A stretch of DNA of 64,000 nt from Mobula hypostoma (taxonomy: Eukaryota). The position numbers were made by a program, and so were the translations under genes. Numbering within the stretch: the stretch's first letter is position 1; the number at the start of each line of letters is the position of its first letter. The notes beneath the pieces were generated by a model. The model was given only the letters and a program-made list of their open reading frames with translations, made no database searches and was not told the origin of the DNA. The stretch covers positions 40,240,001-40,304,000 of the forward strand of contig NC_086108.1 of assembly GCF_963921235.1 (NCBI RefSeq), read 5' to 3'. Shown in pieces: positions 24,891 to 36,799 of this stretch.

Positions 24891-27419
24891 TGATTTCTCA
24901 AATGACTATCACCCGAGGAAGCTGAATGGCTATCACATTGTGAGCCATGTATTGTGACCTGGCAAAAAGTATAGCATAAAATTAAAGGCAAGTCAGTGTC
25001 AATCTGTGATGCCATACAGATTAGGCTGACACCAATGGCATACATTAAGTTAATCATTTGAAGCTAAGTGTTTTATTCAATGTAGCTTAACAACAGTAAA
25101 ACTATACTGAAAATTTTGGACATATCCAGCAAGCAATTACCTGAATTGAAAGATGTAGAAATGGTTAGTGTGCTTTTGTTTCGTTCAATCCATTGATTAA
25201 TGGATGTTCTCAAAAGGTACTGAAAGCTATTCGGTTGCAGTGATAAAAGCTTTTTATTTCACTAGCTGTGTATGGGACTTGTTGCACATATTGTTAACCT
25301 AGGTGATGTGGGAATCAGTGGAAAGGCCAGCAGTTATTTTCCATTCCTAATTTCCCTTAAATCGAGTGGCTGGCTAGGCCATAAGTTAAGGACTAATTTC
25401 TTTACTGTGTGTCTGGGGCCATGTATAGACAAGGTTAGGAGATGAAGTGGATTATTTCCCTGGGGGAAAAAACATTAATAAACCATTACTGCATTTAATA
25501 ACAAACTGGTAATTTCCTAGTCAGTTCCATGTTACTTTTTTATTCCCAGATTTGATGAGCTACTTGAATTTAAAGTTGCCAGCTACAGTGGTGGGGTTCA
25601 AATCCTCTTTGCAGAATAATAGCTTATATTTCTGTCTACTTGCCCAGCAGCTTTCATTCCACACATCTGATATCTTCAAGTTAAAGTCTCTTTTGTTATC
25701 CTAAATTTGTAAATATATAGTCATGATATATGTTGCAAGAATTCAATATTATAAAGGGCTTCTTACTACTCCAGGGTTGCCTTGATAAAAACTAAGATCA
25801 TGTCTAAGTGCTCTGTATGTTTTACCAAATGTTAGTTCTGGAAGACTCCACAGCATACTGTAAATTTACCATTGAAGATAAAACATTACAGCTTTCACTG
25901 CAATCTTTATAACTGCCAAGCTGTTGGTCCAGTGTCAAGGTTTTAAAAACATTGGGACATGAACTTGCATACACTGAGAGAGACATGTAACCTGTGTGCA
26001 AACCACGTAAATCAGATAAGTAAAGGTGGAATTTTGGGTGTGAATATGTTAGGCACACAGATACGAAGTGCCCAATTCTCCTCTTGTTTGAGTGTGCATG
26101 AAGCTCTGTCTAATCAACTGCCTACAAAATTAGACACATTTCAGCTCTGAAATGTGAGCGTTTTCCAATTACACCTGTTTGATAAAGGCGTGACTCTCAA
26201 TATTGCCACCAGGCACAGCAAGAAAATATTATTATGCTGCTGCTGTTTAGTTGCCAATTTACATGGAAGGCTTATTGCAAAGGTCTTATTCTCATTGCTG
26301 TCATCTCTATTTTCTGTTTGTTTGGAAAAAAATGTTTATGGAAAATGTAGAGTTGTGTTTAAGATTCTCAGGCTTCCCTGATTGCTGGTCCCTGTGCATT
26401 CCATACCTGATGCGCAAGCTGGCTAAATGAACCGAGACATAAGTTGTCAAGTACAAAGATGAAATACGGATGTTGATAGTTGTACTTTAATTATTTCTGC
26501 TGACTTACACCCTGTTTTAGTTGAGGCATACTCCTGTGCAATTGGGAAAAATATTTGGAGATAGTTGGAATGATCTCAATGGATGAGATGTTGGATATAT
26601 TTTCAGATCTAAAGAAAGAATATTAATTTGAAGTTCTTGCAAATAGGAATGTTAGCCATGAGGTTTGTTAAACTATCCCTTAATGCATTGTATACACTGG
26701 GCCAATTCACTTAGAATGAAATGAATAATTAACTCAAATCCCTTCAATTTTGAAGTGAGCCATCAAGATATGCATTGGGATTTAATAGTTTCAGATTCTT
26801 TATTGACTCGCTTTTTTTTCCTGGTTTTGGATGCCCAAATAATTTTTTGTAAGTTGTTTGTAGTGCTGAAGCTTTTGGCAGTGGTGCCTGTTCAATGCCA
26901 CACAATCAAATAAGGACTGTGTGGTAGAAAATGGACTCTCAATCTTCTTCCTTGTGGTTAGGGCTGTGGCGTGGTCTGAAGTGAGGCAACTATAAAACAG
27001 TCAACTGACATATTCTGGAAAAAAGAAGTAAGCCATTTTGACAAATTAGTCATAAGGGAGATTTAGTAATGGAGGATTTGCATTTTTTTTTACTGAAGTC
27101 TAAGTTTTGAATAAATTAAGGAATTGGGAAGGTTCAGCAGTTTTATTTTATTTCTGCCAGCTTAAGTTTCAGGTAATTAGGAACATTTTTAAAAGGCAAC
27201 TTTTATCTTAGCACATTTATCTGACATGTCCCAAGCTTTACTGGTCTTTATTTAAAACCAAACCTTCTGAGAATATCCTAAACCTTACAAACTTTAGCCA
27301 GATCATGCTTGGGATACTACTTGTATTGTCATGAAAAGGATTTAGAGGCACGAGATAGACCGCAAGATTTACTTTTCCTTTCCAAGCAAAATTCCAGTTG
27401 CATCTGTTGGGAAAGGATG

Positions 27420-27720
27420 ATGAGAGTGGGATTATTTGTTCTTGAAAAATAAAGGTTGAAGGGTGACAAAGTAGAGGTCTCTAAAGTTATGACATGGGAG
27501 GCAGAGTGAAGCTTCCTCTTGTGGGAAAGAACAAACCTAAATGCCATCATTGTAAGACAGTTGCAAAAATAAAATGGGGAAATTCGAAATACACATCTTT
27601 ACCCAGAAAGCAATAAGAATGTGGAACATACCACCACAGGGAGTAGTTTGGGCGAGCTGCAGCATTAGCACATTTAAGTTGAATCTAAGAGAGCATAGAT
27701 GAGGGAATAAGACTATTTGT
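27420..27720 (+). mobile_element. Old CR1 3'-end fragment
   Basis: 'RLKGDKVEVSKVM' and 'FTQKAIRMWNIPPQGVV' correspond to CR1 ORF2 C-terminal motifs. Confidence 0.65.
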
Positions 27721-28782
27721 TGATTGACTGAGATGAGGAAAGAGTCTTGGGTAATGGGCCTGCTGGCTTAAACTGCAAATCAATGCAATTTCTTTGCAGT
27801 TACTGTTGGTGTTTTGCATAATCAAGTGATAGAAACTGCCATTGCAAGAAGGCAACTGAGTGTCAAACTTTTATTTCCCAGAAAAAGAACATGCCTTGGC
27901 ATGACACATGGAAGATTTATTTCTCTTAGCAGTGGCAGGTTCATGAAGGAGAAGCCAAGTAATGTTCTCCTTTCCTATTCTGATGCATTGTTACTCTCCT
28001 CAGAGATGGTTATTGTACACGGGTACGTTGGTCGAAAGGCTAATTTTTATTAGTGAATTTTCTGATGCTGAGACTGAACCTAGTCTACCATTGTAGCTAG
28101 GAGGCTGCTCCATGAATTAGTGACCTGTTTTACGTTTTTCTTCATCTTCTTCTGATGGAAATAATGAAAACATGCTTAGTACTTTGGTGAAAGATTAGCC
28201 TCATACTATATGACTGTGGTCTTTATCTGAACCGTCAGATCCTCATTTAAACTGTACTATTGAAAGTCTTGCTTTGACGATCAGGAGCAGGAAACATTTT
28301 TGTTTCCTTTTCTAATCCATTGCAGAGGTCCTATTATGACTTCTGTCCAGGATGAACTAAATTAATGCAGAGATGGAAATTAAACTTCCAACTTTTTTTA
28401 ACTGCAATACAATTGCCCAAAATCAGGTTTGCTGTTATCCTATATAAACATCTTGACATAGATTTGTAACTCTGCTTGCACTGCCCTTTGAGGAAAATAA
28501 TCCCCAAAAGTTATGACTTTCTGAAGGGAAATATTGCTTTATTTATTTCTCAAGTGGATAACCCCAATATGAATTTGCAACACGGATTGTTTCTTAATCA
28601 TCTCAAAGCACAAATTCAATATTAAATAGGCAATTAGAGAACTAGTTAACTAGCACTTTATTGTTGAGAGCAAGGTACTATCCCTTGATGTCATTACTAT
28701 TGAGCAAAGTAGTTTTGGAGGTGACTCTAAGGCTAGAAAATGCTTTCACCCCAAAACTAACCCAAGTCTTAGTGCAAACTTG

Positions 28783-29158
28783 CACACACACACAAAATGT
28801 AGGAGGAACTCAGCAGGCCAGGCAGCATCTATGGAAATGAATAAACAATAGATGTTTCAAGCCACTGGGTCCCCCCCCCCCATCTTTCTTCCCGGACCTC
28901 CTGTCCCATGATCCTCTCGTATCCCTTTTGCCTATCACCTGTCCAGCTCTTGGCTCCATCCCTCCCCCTCCTGTCTTCTCCTATCATTTTGCATCTCCCC
29001 CTTCCCCTCCCACTTTCAAATCCCTTACTCACTCTTCCTTCAGTTAGTCCTGACGAAGGGTCTCGGCCTGAAACGTCGACTGCACCTCTTCCTAGAGATG
29101 CTGCCTGGCCTGCTGCATTCACCAGCAACTTTTATGCGTGTTGCCCTTCATCAGGACC
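28783..29158. mobile_element. Composite Penelope-like pLTR fragments: an older minus copy interrupted by a young plus copy (~28865-29143)
   Basis: The minus copy reads 'gatgtttcaagcca'...'cccttcatcaggacc' on either side of a plus-strand pLTR that is nearly identical to 47417-47530. Confidence 0.85.
29046..29081 (+). ncRNA. Minimal type-I hammerhead ribozyme motif (intact core)
   Basis: AGUC-CUGACGA-AGG(GUCUCGG)CCU-GAAAC-GUC-GACU: stem I AGUC/GACU, core CUGAnGA, stem II AGG/CCU, GAAA, palindromic ACGU stem III. Predicted cleavage is after C29077. Confidence 0.85.
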
Positions 29159-30669
29159 ATGCTTTAGGGTCAGGATTGACAACCACAAGCTTTTGACATG
29201 ACTACTCTGATATACTGTCCTTCCTCCTGTCTGCCTTCTGTTGTTCTGCTGCCTCCATGTTACAGGAAGTTTGGTATTGTGCTCTACCATTTTGTTTTCT
29301 TGCTATGAATTAACTTAAATAGTCTTTGAATAGAAGTTTAGAAAATTTGGAAACAGGAGCAGGCGATTCGCTGTTTTGACCTGCCCCACCATTAGATCCT
29401 TTTAAATAAATGACATCTTTGCTGATTGACATTTGAATTCCACTTCCATGTGTGGAAGTTGCATTGAAAACATTTACACCTATTCATTGTGCTGCTTTTC
29501 ATGGAGAACTGAAGAAAGATCAAAGCAAAACATTAACTATAGGTGTTAATTTTTTGTGGGTGATAAGATAAATTTTTTTTTGATGGAACAGCTGATCACA
29601 ATGAAGGAAGTGGTCTTGAACACATGCATTCAACTCCAATGCTTTTTAAGTTCACCACATATTGTTAACTTATACACTTGTTCTTTAGCTGAAATACAGT
29701 CATATTGTCACTATAGTTGGTTGGCATATGATCTACTTAATGGATTCTGGAAAGGACTGGATTTGTTTTACCCTGTAAATTTTATATGAATTCTTTAGGT
29801 AGCAGCTATGTGTGTTCTCTGTACTCAATGATTCATGCTATGAAGCAACCCATTTGTATCACTGCTATTTCCATCCAATGAATAGATCAACTGAATGTTC
29901 CTATAATAAAGACTGTGTTTTAGTTATTGACCCTACTGGAAAGAACTAGTCTGCTTTTGTCATTCCATTTCCATCACCCAACTAAATTAACACTCTGATC
30001 CCAGGTCCCCCACTCTTCACTATTATTGTAAACGGACCCATTTTGGTTTTGTAGGAACTCTACAGGATGTCAGTGCAGTATTCAGTAACTGGAGTTCTTC
30101 TCTCTACTTACTAGGACTGTTAGGAGTAGGCCCATGCCCATAATTTCAGATAAGGAGGTCTCCTGTGAATTCAGTTGTGTTGGAATCAAACTGACTTCTG
30201 CCATTCTGAAATGAAAGTGAAGGAATGCAGATTAAATCATCTCTTTAAGATGTTTATTTTTAAGATGAGTACAGGGGGAACATGTGTGGGAGGAAATCCC
30301 AAGCCTTGATTACGCTATAGTAAAGGGATTTCATGTAAATAATAAGATGAATTAATGAATCTTCTGATGGATTGCTTGCTAATATGACAGGACTCTTTGC
30401 ACACTTCGTCCACCTCAGCTATCTGTTGTTGAGACCATCGTGTTATTTATCATTATTCCTCAGTAATCAGAAAATCCACTCAAATAATCACCTGCAGCAA
30501 CTGTGTCATTTATTCATATTAGAGTCAAACTAATAATGAAACATAGCAGTAAATCATTCAACCCTTTTTTTAGTCTATGCCATTTCTCAGACTATTCCAA
30601 TCCATCCCATACTTCATAACTTATTCTCTCCCACATGCCCAGCATTCCTGATCCCCCTGCCACCTGCCT

Positions 30670-30840
30670 GTCCACTTACCAACCAGCATTTTGTTGGAAT
30701 ATGGGAAGAAACCAAAGCACCCAGGAAAACCTATGTGGTCACAGAAAGGTTTTGCCAGCTCCACACGTAAAGAATCCCATTAATCCTGGGTCGCTGGCAT
30801 GGCAGCAGCAGGACCAACTATTGTACCACTGTGCCACTCT
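30670..30840 (-). mobile_element. V-SINE (HE1-like) remnant
   Basis: 'tttgttggaatatgggaagaaaccaaagcacccaggaaaacc' is the reverse complement of the V-domain. Confidence 0.6.
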
Positions 30841-32334
30841 GTAATAAGTATTGCAGCTAACATTTCTCCAGAGTTACTCTAAGTGTATTAAGTTGATTTG
30901 TAATGGTGGGAATGACTGCTGGAGAAAGAAAACTGACAATATTGCCACTCATTTTTTGTGATGTTCTAATTATAACTGAATAGATTTTGCCGGTCATGTG
31001 AGAGCTTAATAATGATGCAAAATTGTCACGCTGTTATCCAGGCAAATAGAGCCAAATTTCAATTGTAAGATCGCAGACAGTAATCCAAGGAATGATTAGT
31101 TACCATGTTGATGGATATATTCTGTCAAGGATACTGGGGCAGCTCATAGATATTCTATGGATTATGAAGCTCCAGTAATCCAAGATCCCACAATAAATGA
31201 GAGAAATATTTGTTTAGTACATGTGCTCTTACCAATTACATACCCTTGTGTTAGGAACCATAGATGATTCCATTAAACCTTTAATTTGACTATACTTCTG
31301 AAGTTTATGAGGGATTTATTAAAATATCTTGGTTGGTCTATGAAAATAGAGAATGTGGTTTGAGCTTTTCAAGCATTTCTAAAACTCAGAACATTAGATA
31401 TTAATTTGAATGAAAAGGGAAAAATCAGGCAAGTAGAGGGAAACTTTCCATTTATCAAGGAGCCAGTGAGGCAGTGCATACAAATTAAGATCTAGTTTTT
31501 CAGGAGTCAAGCTTTCTAAATGCAATTGTGGTAGATCTTTGGAGCATCCTTCCATAAATGATAATTAATGTTATTTGAATTGTTAATTTTAAAACAAAGA
31601 TTGATGGATTTAAATTATATATTGATGGATAAAAGGCATTAAGAGGTACTTTACATGGATTGATGAATGGAATGGGTCTCAGATCATATAGAATGTAGAA
31701 CAGCCCAGATGAGCTACTCTTGTGCCTGTATTTCTATTTACTCAGGCTTGCAGATCTCTGTGGATAGTGAGAATATTATGTAAAGCCCATCACTTGTTCC
31801 AGATTTGAATATTTTTTTCTGACTTGACATATTAATTCTCTTCCTTTCTGACCTATGGATATTTCCAGATATTTTTTCATTGTTTTCATCTTGTTATGTG
31901 ACTTGTTGTCTGATGTTTTTGATAATGCTCCTATGAAACACTGTGGCTGTTATCCATTGATAAAGACATTTAAATAAATGTTACTAGAATACTGCATTTT
32001 CCACTGCTTCTATTAATCTAAGGAATTTATTAAGATTAATAGATATTGTATGTTGGTGAAGTTTTTCCCTAATCCATTTAAAAAATTGAATTACAGCCGA
32101 ATATGGTGCTAATCTGTTACTTTAGATAAGATGACACGATAAATCTAGCACATTGAAACAAAACAAAATGGATGCCCAGATCTACAACAAAAATAATCAA
32201 CTGTACAAATCCAGGGATCTCAGATGCTGAACCTCAAAAGAAATCTAAAATGAAAACAAAAACAAGAACACCCATAAACTTCTAACTCAAATGTCCAATA
32301 TCACTTCATCGTGTGGTGTCTGCTTGTGGCCGCA

Positions 32335-32722
32335 TTAGTGAAACTATCGTTTCTGAGCCAGAAGATTGGACTGAGGATTAGATGCAGAGTCTTGAGTATC
32401 TGACTTCAATGCTGGAGCTTCAGGGAGTGTTGCCCTGCTAAAGGTGCGGCCTTTCAGTAGAGATATTAAACCAAGTTAATGTTTGCCCCCTCCTGTGAGC
32501 ATGATAGATCCTATTTCAGGATTTTGAAGATAGAATAATCATCCCTGGTATCCCTTCAACAACATCACAAAAAGAAAGATTGTTTGGTGATTACTATTTG
32601 TTGTTTGCTCTGAGCAAAATGACTGTTGGGTTTCGTACATTACCACTGGGGCTTTTGTTTAAAATTGCTTCAAGGGCTGGGTCAATAGAAGGTGCTTTGA
32701 AAATACACGGGATTATTTCTTT
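32335..32722 (+). mobile_element. Ancient Deu-domain SINE (SacSINE1-like)
   Basis: Head 'tctgagccagaagattgg', body 'cagggagtgttgccctgctaaaggtgcggcctttcag..attaaacc' and 'atcccttcaacaacatcac', tail 'aaggtgctttgaaaatacac..ttcttt'. Recognised from memory of the family consensus. Confidence 0.6.
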
Positions 32723-34624
32723 ATAGGATCAAATGTAGCTAGATTTTGTTTCATATATAGTGTGAAAAATTAAAAATTGCATTTACTTTTCATCACTAAC
32801 TGAAATAAGAAGGTGAGATGTCTTCCAGAATCATTGTAGCTAGCATTTCCTGATCTAATAATGATGAAGGAATGATCATTCATTTTCATTTTGAATAATA
32901 AATAACATTGGAAATGGTAGTCTTTTTATAAGCCTGCTGCCTCTTGTGGTTTGAGTTCATAAGAAATAGTAGTGCCGGAAGCTTTTCTAAGCTAAATAAC
33001 AGGTGGAACTATAAACTTTCAACTAACAGCAGTGTCTGTTAAAAGAATGTATCAGAAGTCATAATACATGTTATATTCCGTTCTTAAAGGTGTAGCTGAA
33101 TTTGTGTACTCCACTGTTTCTCCTGGAACATGTAATAAATCATCAAAACATCAACTATTTACATTAAAGTACAATTATAAACTATAAATTTACTCATTCA
33201 TTTGGTCTTTTGTTGAATGAACTTTTCACTGCAAACTGGACTTGACAGCTCAGAAGTATGCAATCCAGGAATCTAGGGACTGATGTTTCCACAGGATCAC
33301 TTCTCCAGACAGGCTTTATACTTAACAGGTCCCACCTACTGTTGTGAATTTCTTACTTTCATACAATTGTCTTTGTAATGATTAAATAATAGGATTGTAT
33401 GTTCTTGACTGCCATTTTCAAGATCTCACCTGTATACTACTTATGAAATCTTACACAAGTTAAATAAGTCTAGTCAACCAATGGAGCAATTACTGTTAAA
33501 CATTGTGAGGCCCTTTATGGCTCTGCTTTTATACTATATTGCTCTCTGACTTCCAGTCTGACACTTTGTAGATAGGAAATGTTTCATCTTCTCTGCTTTC
33601 TCTTTTGTAATCACAGGGTTCTGTCCCCCGGCTCTCTCTTTCTAGATTATCCCCAGGACTTTTAACTCTTCCTGGTTAGTTTCAGACTATTTTACCACAT
33701 GGTGGGTTGAGGTGGCATTACTGTGTTGAGCTCAGGATGCTTGGAGCCTTTGAAATATGGCCACACTGCAATGCAGTTCTCTCTGAAACAACCCAACTCA
33801 CCCTACATTTGTTTCGGGCACCTCCTGCAATTCTGTAAACAACCAAAGTCATTTGGGCACTTGAATAACTCACCAGAACTTGTGCAGTTCCATTTTCTCC
33901 ACCGGTATTGTTGGTGCCAAATTCAACTGATACCATCTTGGGTTGCAACTTTGTTTTTCTCCAGTTGTGTGTACTCCAGTAACATCCCAGCTATTGGTCT
34001 GAAACTCTTGTGAATTGACTTCTATGTTGCTTAGACTGGTTACACACTCCTTCTCTGAAGTAGTTCCCCTTGGGGTTTGTGAGTGATCCTACTCTACCAA
34101 GGCAATCCGGGAAGGGTTGTTTTATATTAGCCCTGGATTCAGAACATCTTTCCTTCTGAGGAACATCACCTGGTCTGACCCTCTAGGTTGCTTGTATTTC
34201 TCTTTTCAATCTGACGGGCTCCTCTGCAGGCATTTTTTTTTCCCAGTGACAACTTCTTCCCTAGCATCTTGCTTCCCTAGAAGAGCAATGTCTGCTTCAC
34301 TTGCCGTGAAGTAGGCCCATGCCTTGCCCGTTCTGCTTGACACCCAAACAGACAGTCGTACCAAACCATGGTACTTGAAGAATGCCCTAGGGGATCCTGT
34401 TGAACATTGCCATTTGCATATTCTCATTGTCTGATTCCACCACAGGAGAACTGTTCAATGGTTTTGTACCTATATGTCTGAGGCAAATGGTAATGGCCAT
34501 GTATGCTGGAAGTTTCTGTCTTAGGAGCTTTCTTTAAACTCTAGTACTGCAGATTGCCGACATAAAAGGCTATCTCCAAAACTACTATTGAAAGGCAATA
34601 AATCTCCACTGGACAGTAATAGCT

Positions 34625-35040
34625 AGGTATACTTCACTTAGAGCAGCAATGAAGATCCTCCATCTCTGTCTGTCATGATATTCAGGGCTTCTTTCATTGT
34701 GCCTGTAGTTTCCTCTCGGGTTTTACTACCATCAGCCATGCAAGTCCTGGGTGAAGACTCAGGAATGACATAATACATAGATGTAGAAGGATTCTTTATT
34801 GTTGTTTCCACACCAGGTTTATCTGACAGGTCAGAGTTGTTAGCCCTGAGCTGAACCCCAGAAACTGAAAGACTGGTGAACCACTGTTAGCCTGGCAACT
34901 ACCCTTTGAAATGTTTGACATGGGTGACCACACCAAGAACCAAAGCATAAGGCCTGACTCTTTCCAGCGCAGTTCTCTGAGTCATTGAGGCACGCAGGCC
35001 TCCAAACCACAACAAGATTGTGGTCTTCCTGGAAGGAAAT
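34625..35040 (-). mobile_element. Non-autonomous bipartite RTE-type retroposon (5' UTR joined to 3' end)
   Basis: The 3' end translates 'DRDGGSS / WRIFIAAL' on the minus strand, like the RTE C-terminal DR..WR..AL motif. 34850-35030 ('gttgttagccctgagctgaacccc', 'gtcattgaggcacgcaggcctccaaaccacaacaag') resembles RTE 5' UTRs. No RT lies between the two parts. Confidence 0.5.
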
Positions 35041-35944
35041 CCAGGTAGAACAGGTATCAAATGTCAAACTATATAGTTCACACAGTTCTTAAAGATGCAC
35101 ATATAAACTTGGGGATTTAATGTTGCTGAAATTGTGTTTATGTATATCTCAGATGATATACACAACAGACTTTATGCATCTATAGTGAAGGAGTTTTGAG
35201 AATATGTTTCACCCAAGTAGGCTGTTTTCCCCTGGGCAGTAGTGAAAAGGTTGTGGAATTTTTGTTTGTTATTGAAAAAAATCAACCGGAAGCTGGCATA
35301 CTTGGCTCCAAGTACCTGCCAATTGAGCATAAAGTGAATGTTCATGGGATTGCCTTGATACCATGAACATGCATAAATCCATGTTTCTCTCTGTTTATTG
35401 ACCACAGACAACATTGGAAAATGTCATTGTAGCCACACCATTTCCATTGTCCAATAATTTGGCTTCGAAGAGATATCTTTTTTAAACACAGGATATTTGT
35501 CACCCATGGAATTGCAGAGAAATGATCACTCTGCAAAATCTCGTGTGTACATTCAATCACAGAAAATGGAAGGTATAGTCCACTCTGGAAATGGAGGCTA
35601 CACGTATTCCCAGGCAATGAATGGTAAATGTGATCTGTGGCCCTGACTTGAAGATAGCAAGGAAAGGCAAAAACCATGAAAATCAAGACTGTTTGGTGGA
35701 GGAAATTTGTTCAAGGGTAGGTGCGGGTATAGCATTACAGAAAATTTAATGAAATACAAAGGGAATTTTACCTTGTTAAAAAGTAACTTGTAATTCATCA
35801 AAATTCCCAGTGATATTAACGGAAGCAAAAATATATTAGGCTGTTTGTTCTGCCACTTTCTTCAACTAAGTAGTGAAGAAGAATAATTTCTCCTAAAGAT
35901 CTTTATATGATAGTGGATATAAAAATGAAAAGATTTAAGTTCGA

Positions 35945-36300
35945 ATTTCAAATTGAATTTATTATCAAAGTACATGTGTAAATACTACTATATAGATTCC
36001 TTTTGTGCAGGTATTTACCGGGAAAAAGTAATGCAATAGACAAATAAAAATGACAAATTATGCAAGTAAAAGTAACATGGAGAGCATGAGTTGTAAAGGG
36101 ACCTTGCAAGTGAGTCTGTGAAGCTTGGAATTGGGTTAGAATAATGCTGATTGAATTTATCCACCCCATTTCAGAGACCTGAAGGCTGTAGGGTAATAAC
36201 TGTTCCTGAAACTGGAACCTGGGGCTTCTGAACCTGCTGTCCGATGGTAGTAGTGAGAAGAGAATGTGGCCTGGATGATGGGGGTCTTTGATGATGGAAC
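35945..36300 (-). mobile_element. Rex-type LINE 3' end
   Basis: 'SIIKDPHHPGHILFSLLPS' and a (tttgaa)-type tail at 35945-35965. Confidence 0.75.
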
Positions 36301-36799
36301 ATTGACGTGCCTCAGAAAACATTACAGCCAATATGAGACGTTTGTGGCATAATCATCAGTGCATTATAGGGAATATGGCAGTTAATCCATTTCCAGCAGG
36401 CACTCACAAACAGCAGCAAACTGAGTAGAAAGTAATTTCAGCACTTCTCTCTGTCCAGCATTTTAATTCTTTCTCAGGTTTCGAGCTTCTGCATTTAAAA
36501 AAATATCAATGTCAGCTGTAATGCTAGAAGAAATCTGCTCAAAATTTAGAAGTTGCTTCCTCAGAGACTTTTGTATAAATTTGAGCCCATAGTGGTTTAT
36601 TGCTGCTAAAAGTAGAATTCCACTTTAATCAGTATGGATATTGCATTTTGCTCATAATTTACTTTTAATTTGCTGTGATAAAATCCATTGTGGCCCTGTA
36701 ATAATCCCAAATGAGATCAAATCAGAATGGGTCCGGCAGCTCACAATTAGGTACCCATTATGCCTATGGAATCAGCTGCTGCAGAATTCGGTTACCTCA

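Noticed and set aside
33560..34580. Several 65-96 aa ORFs suggesting an exon or an element
   Set aside because: No motif I could identify; probably very old repeat debris, left unannotated.
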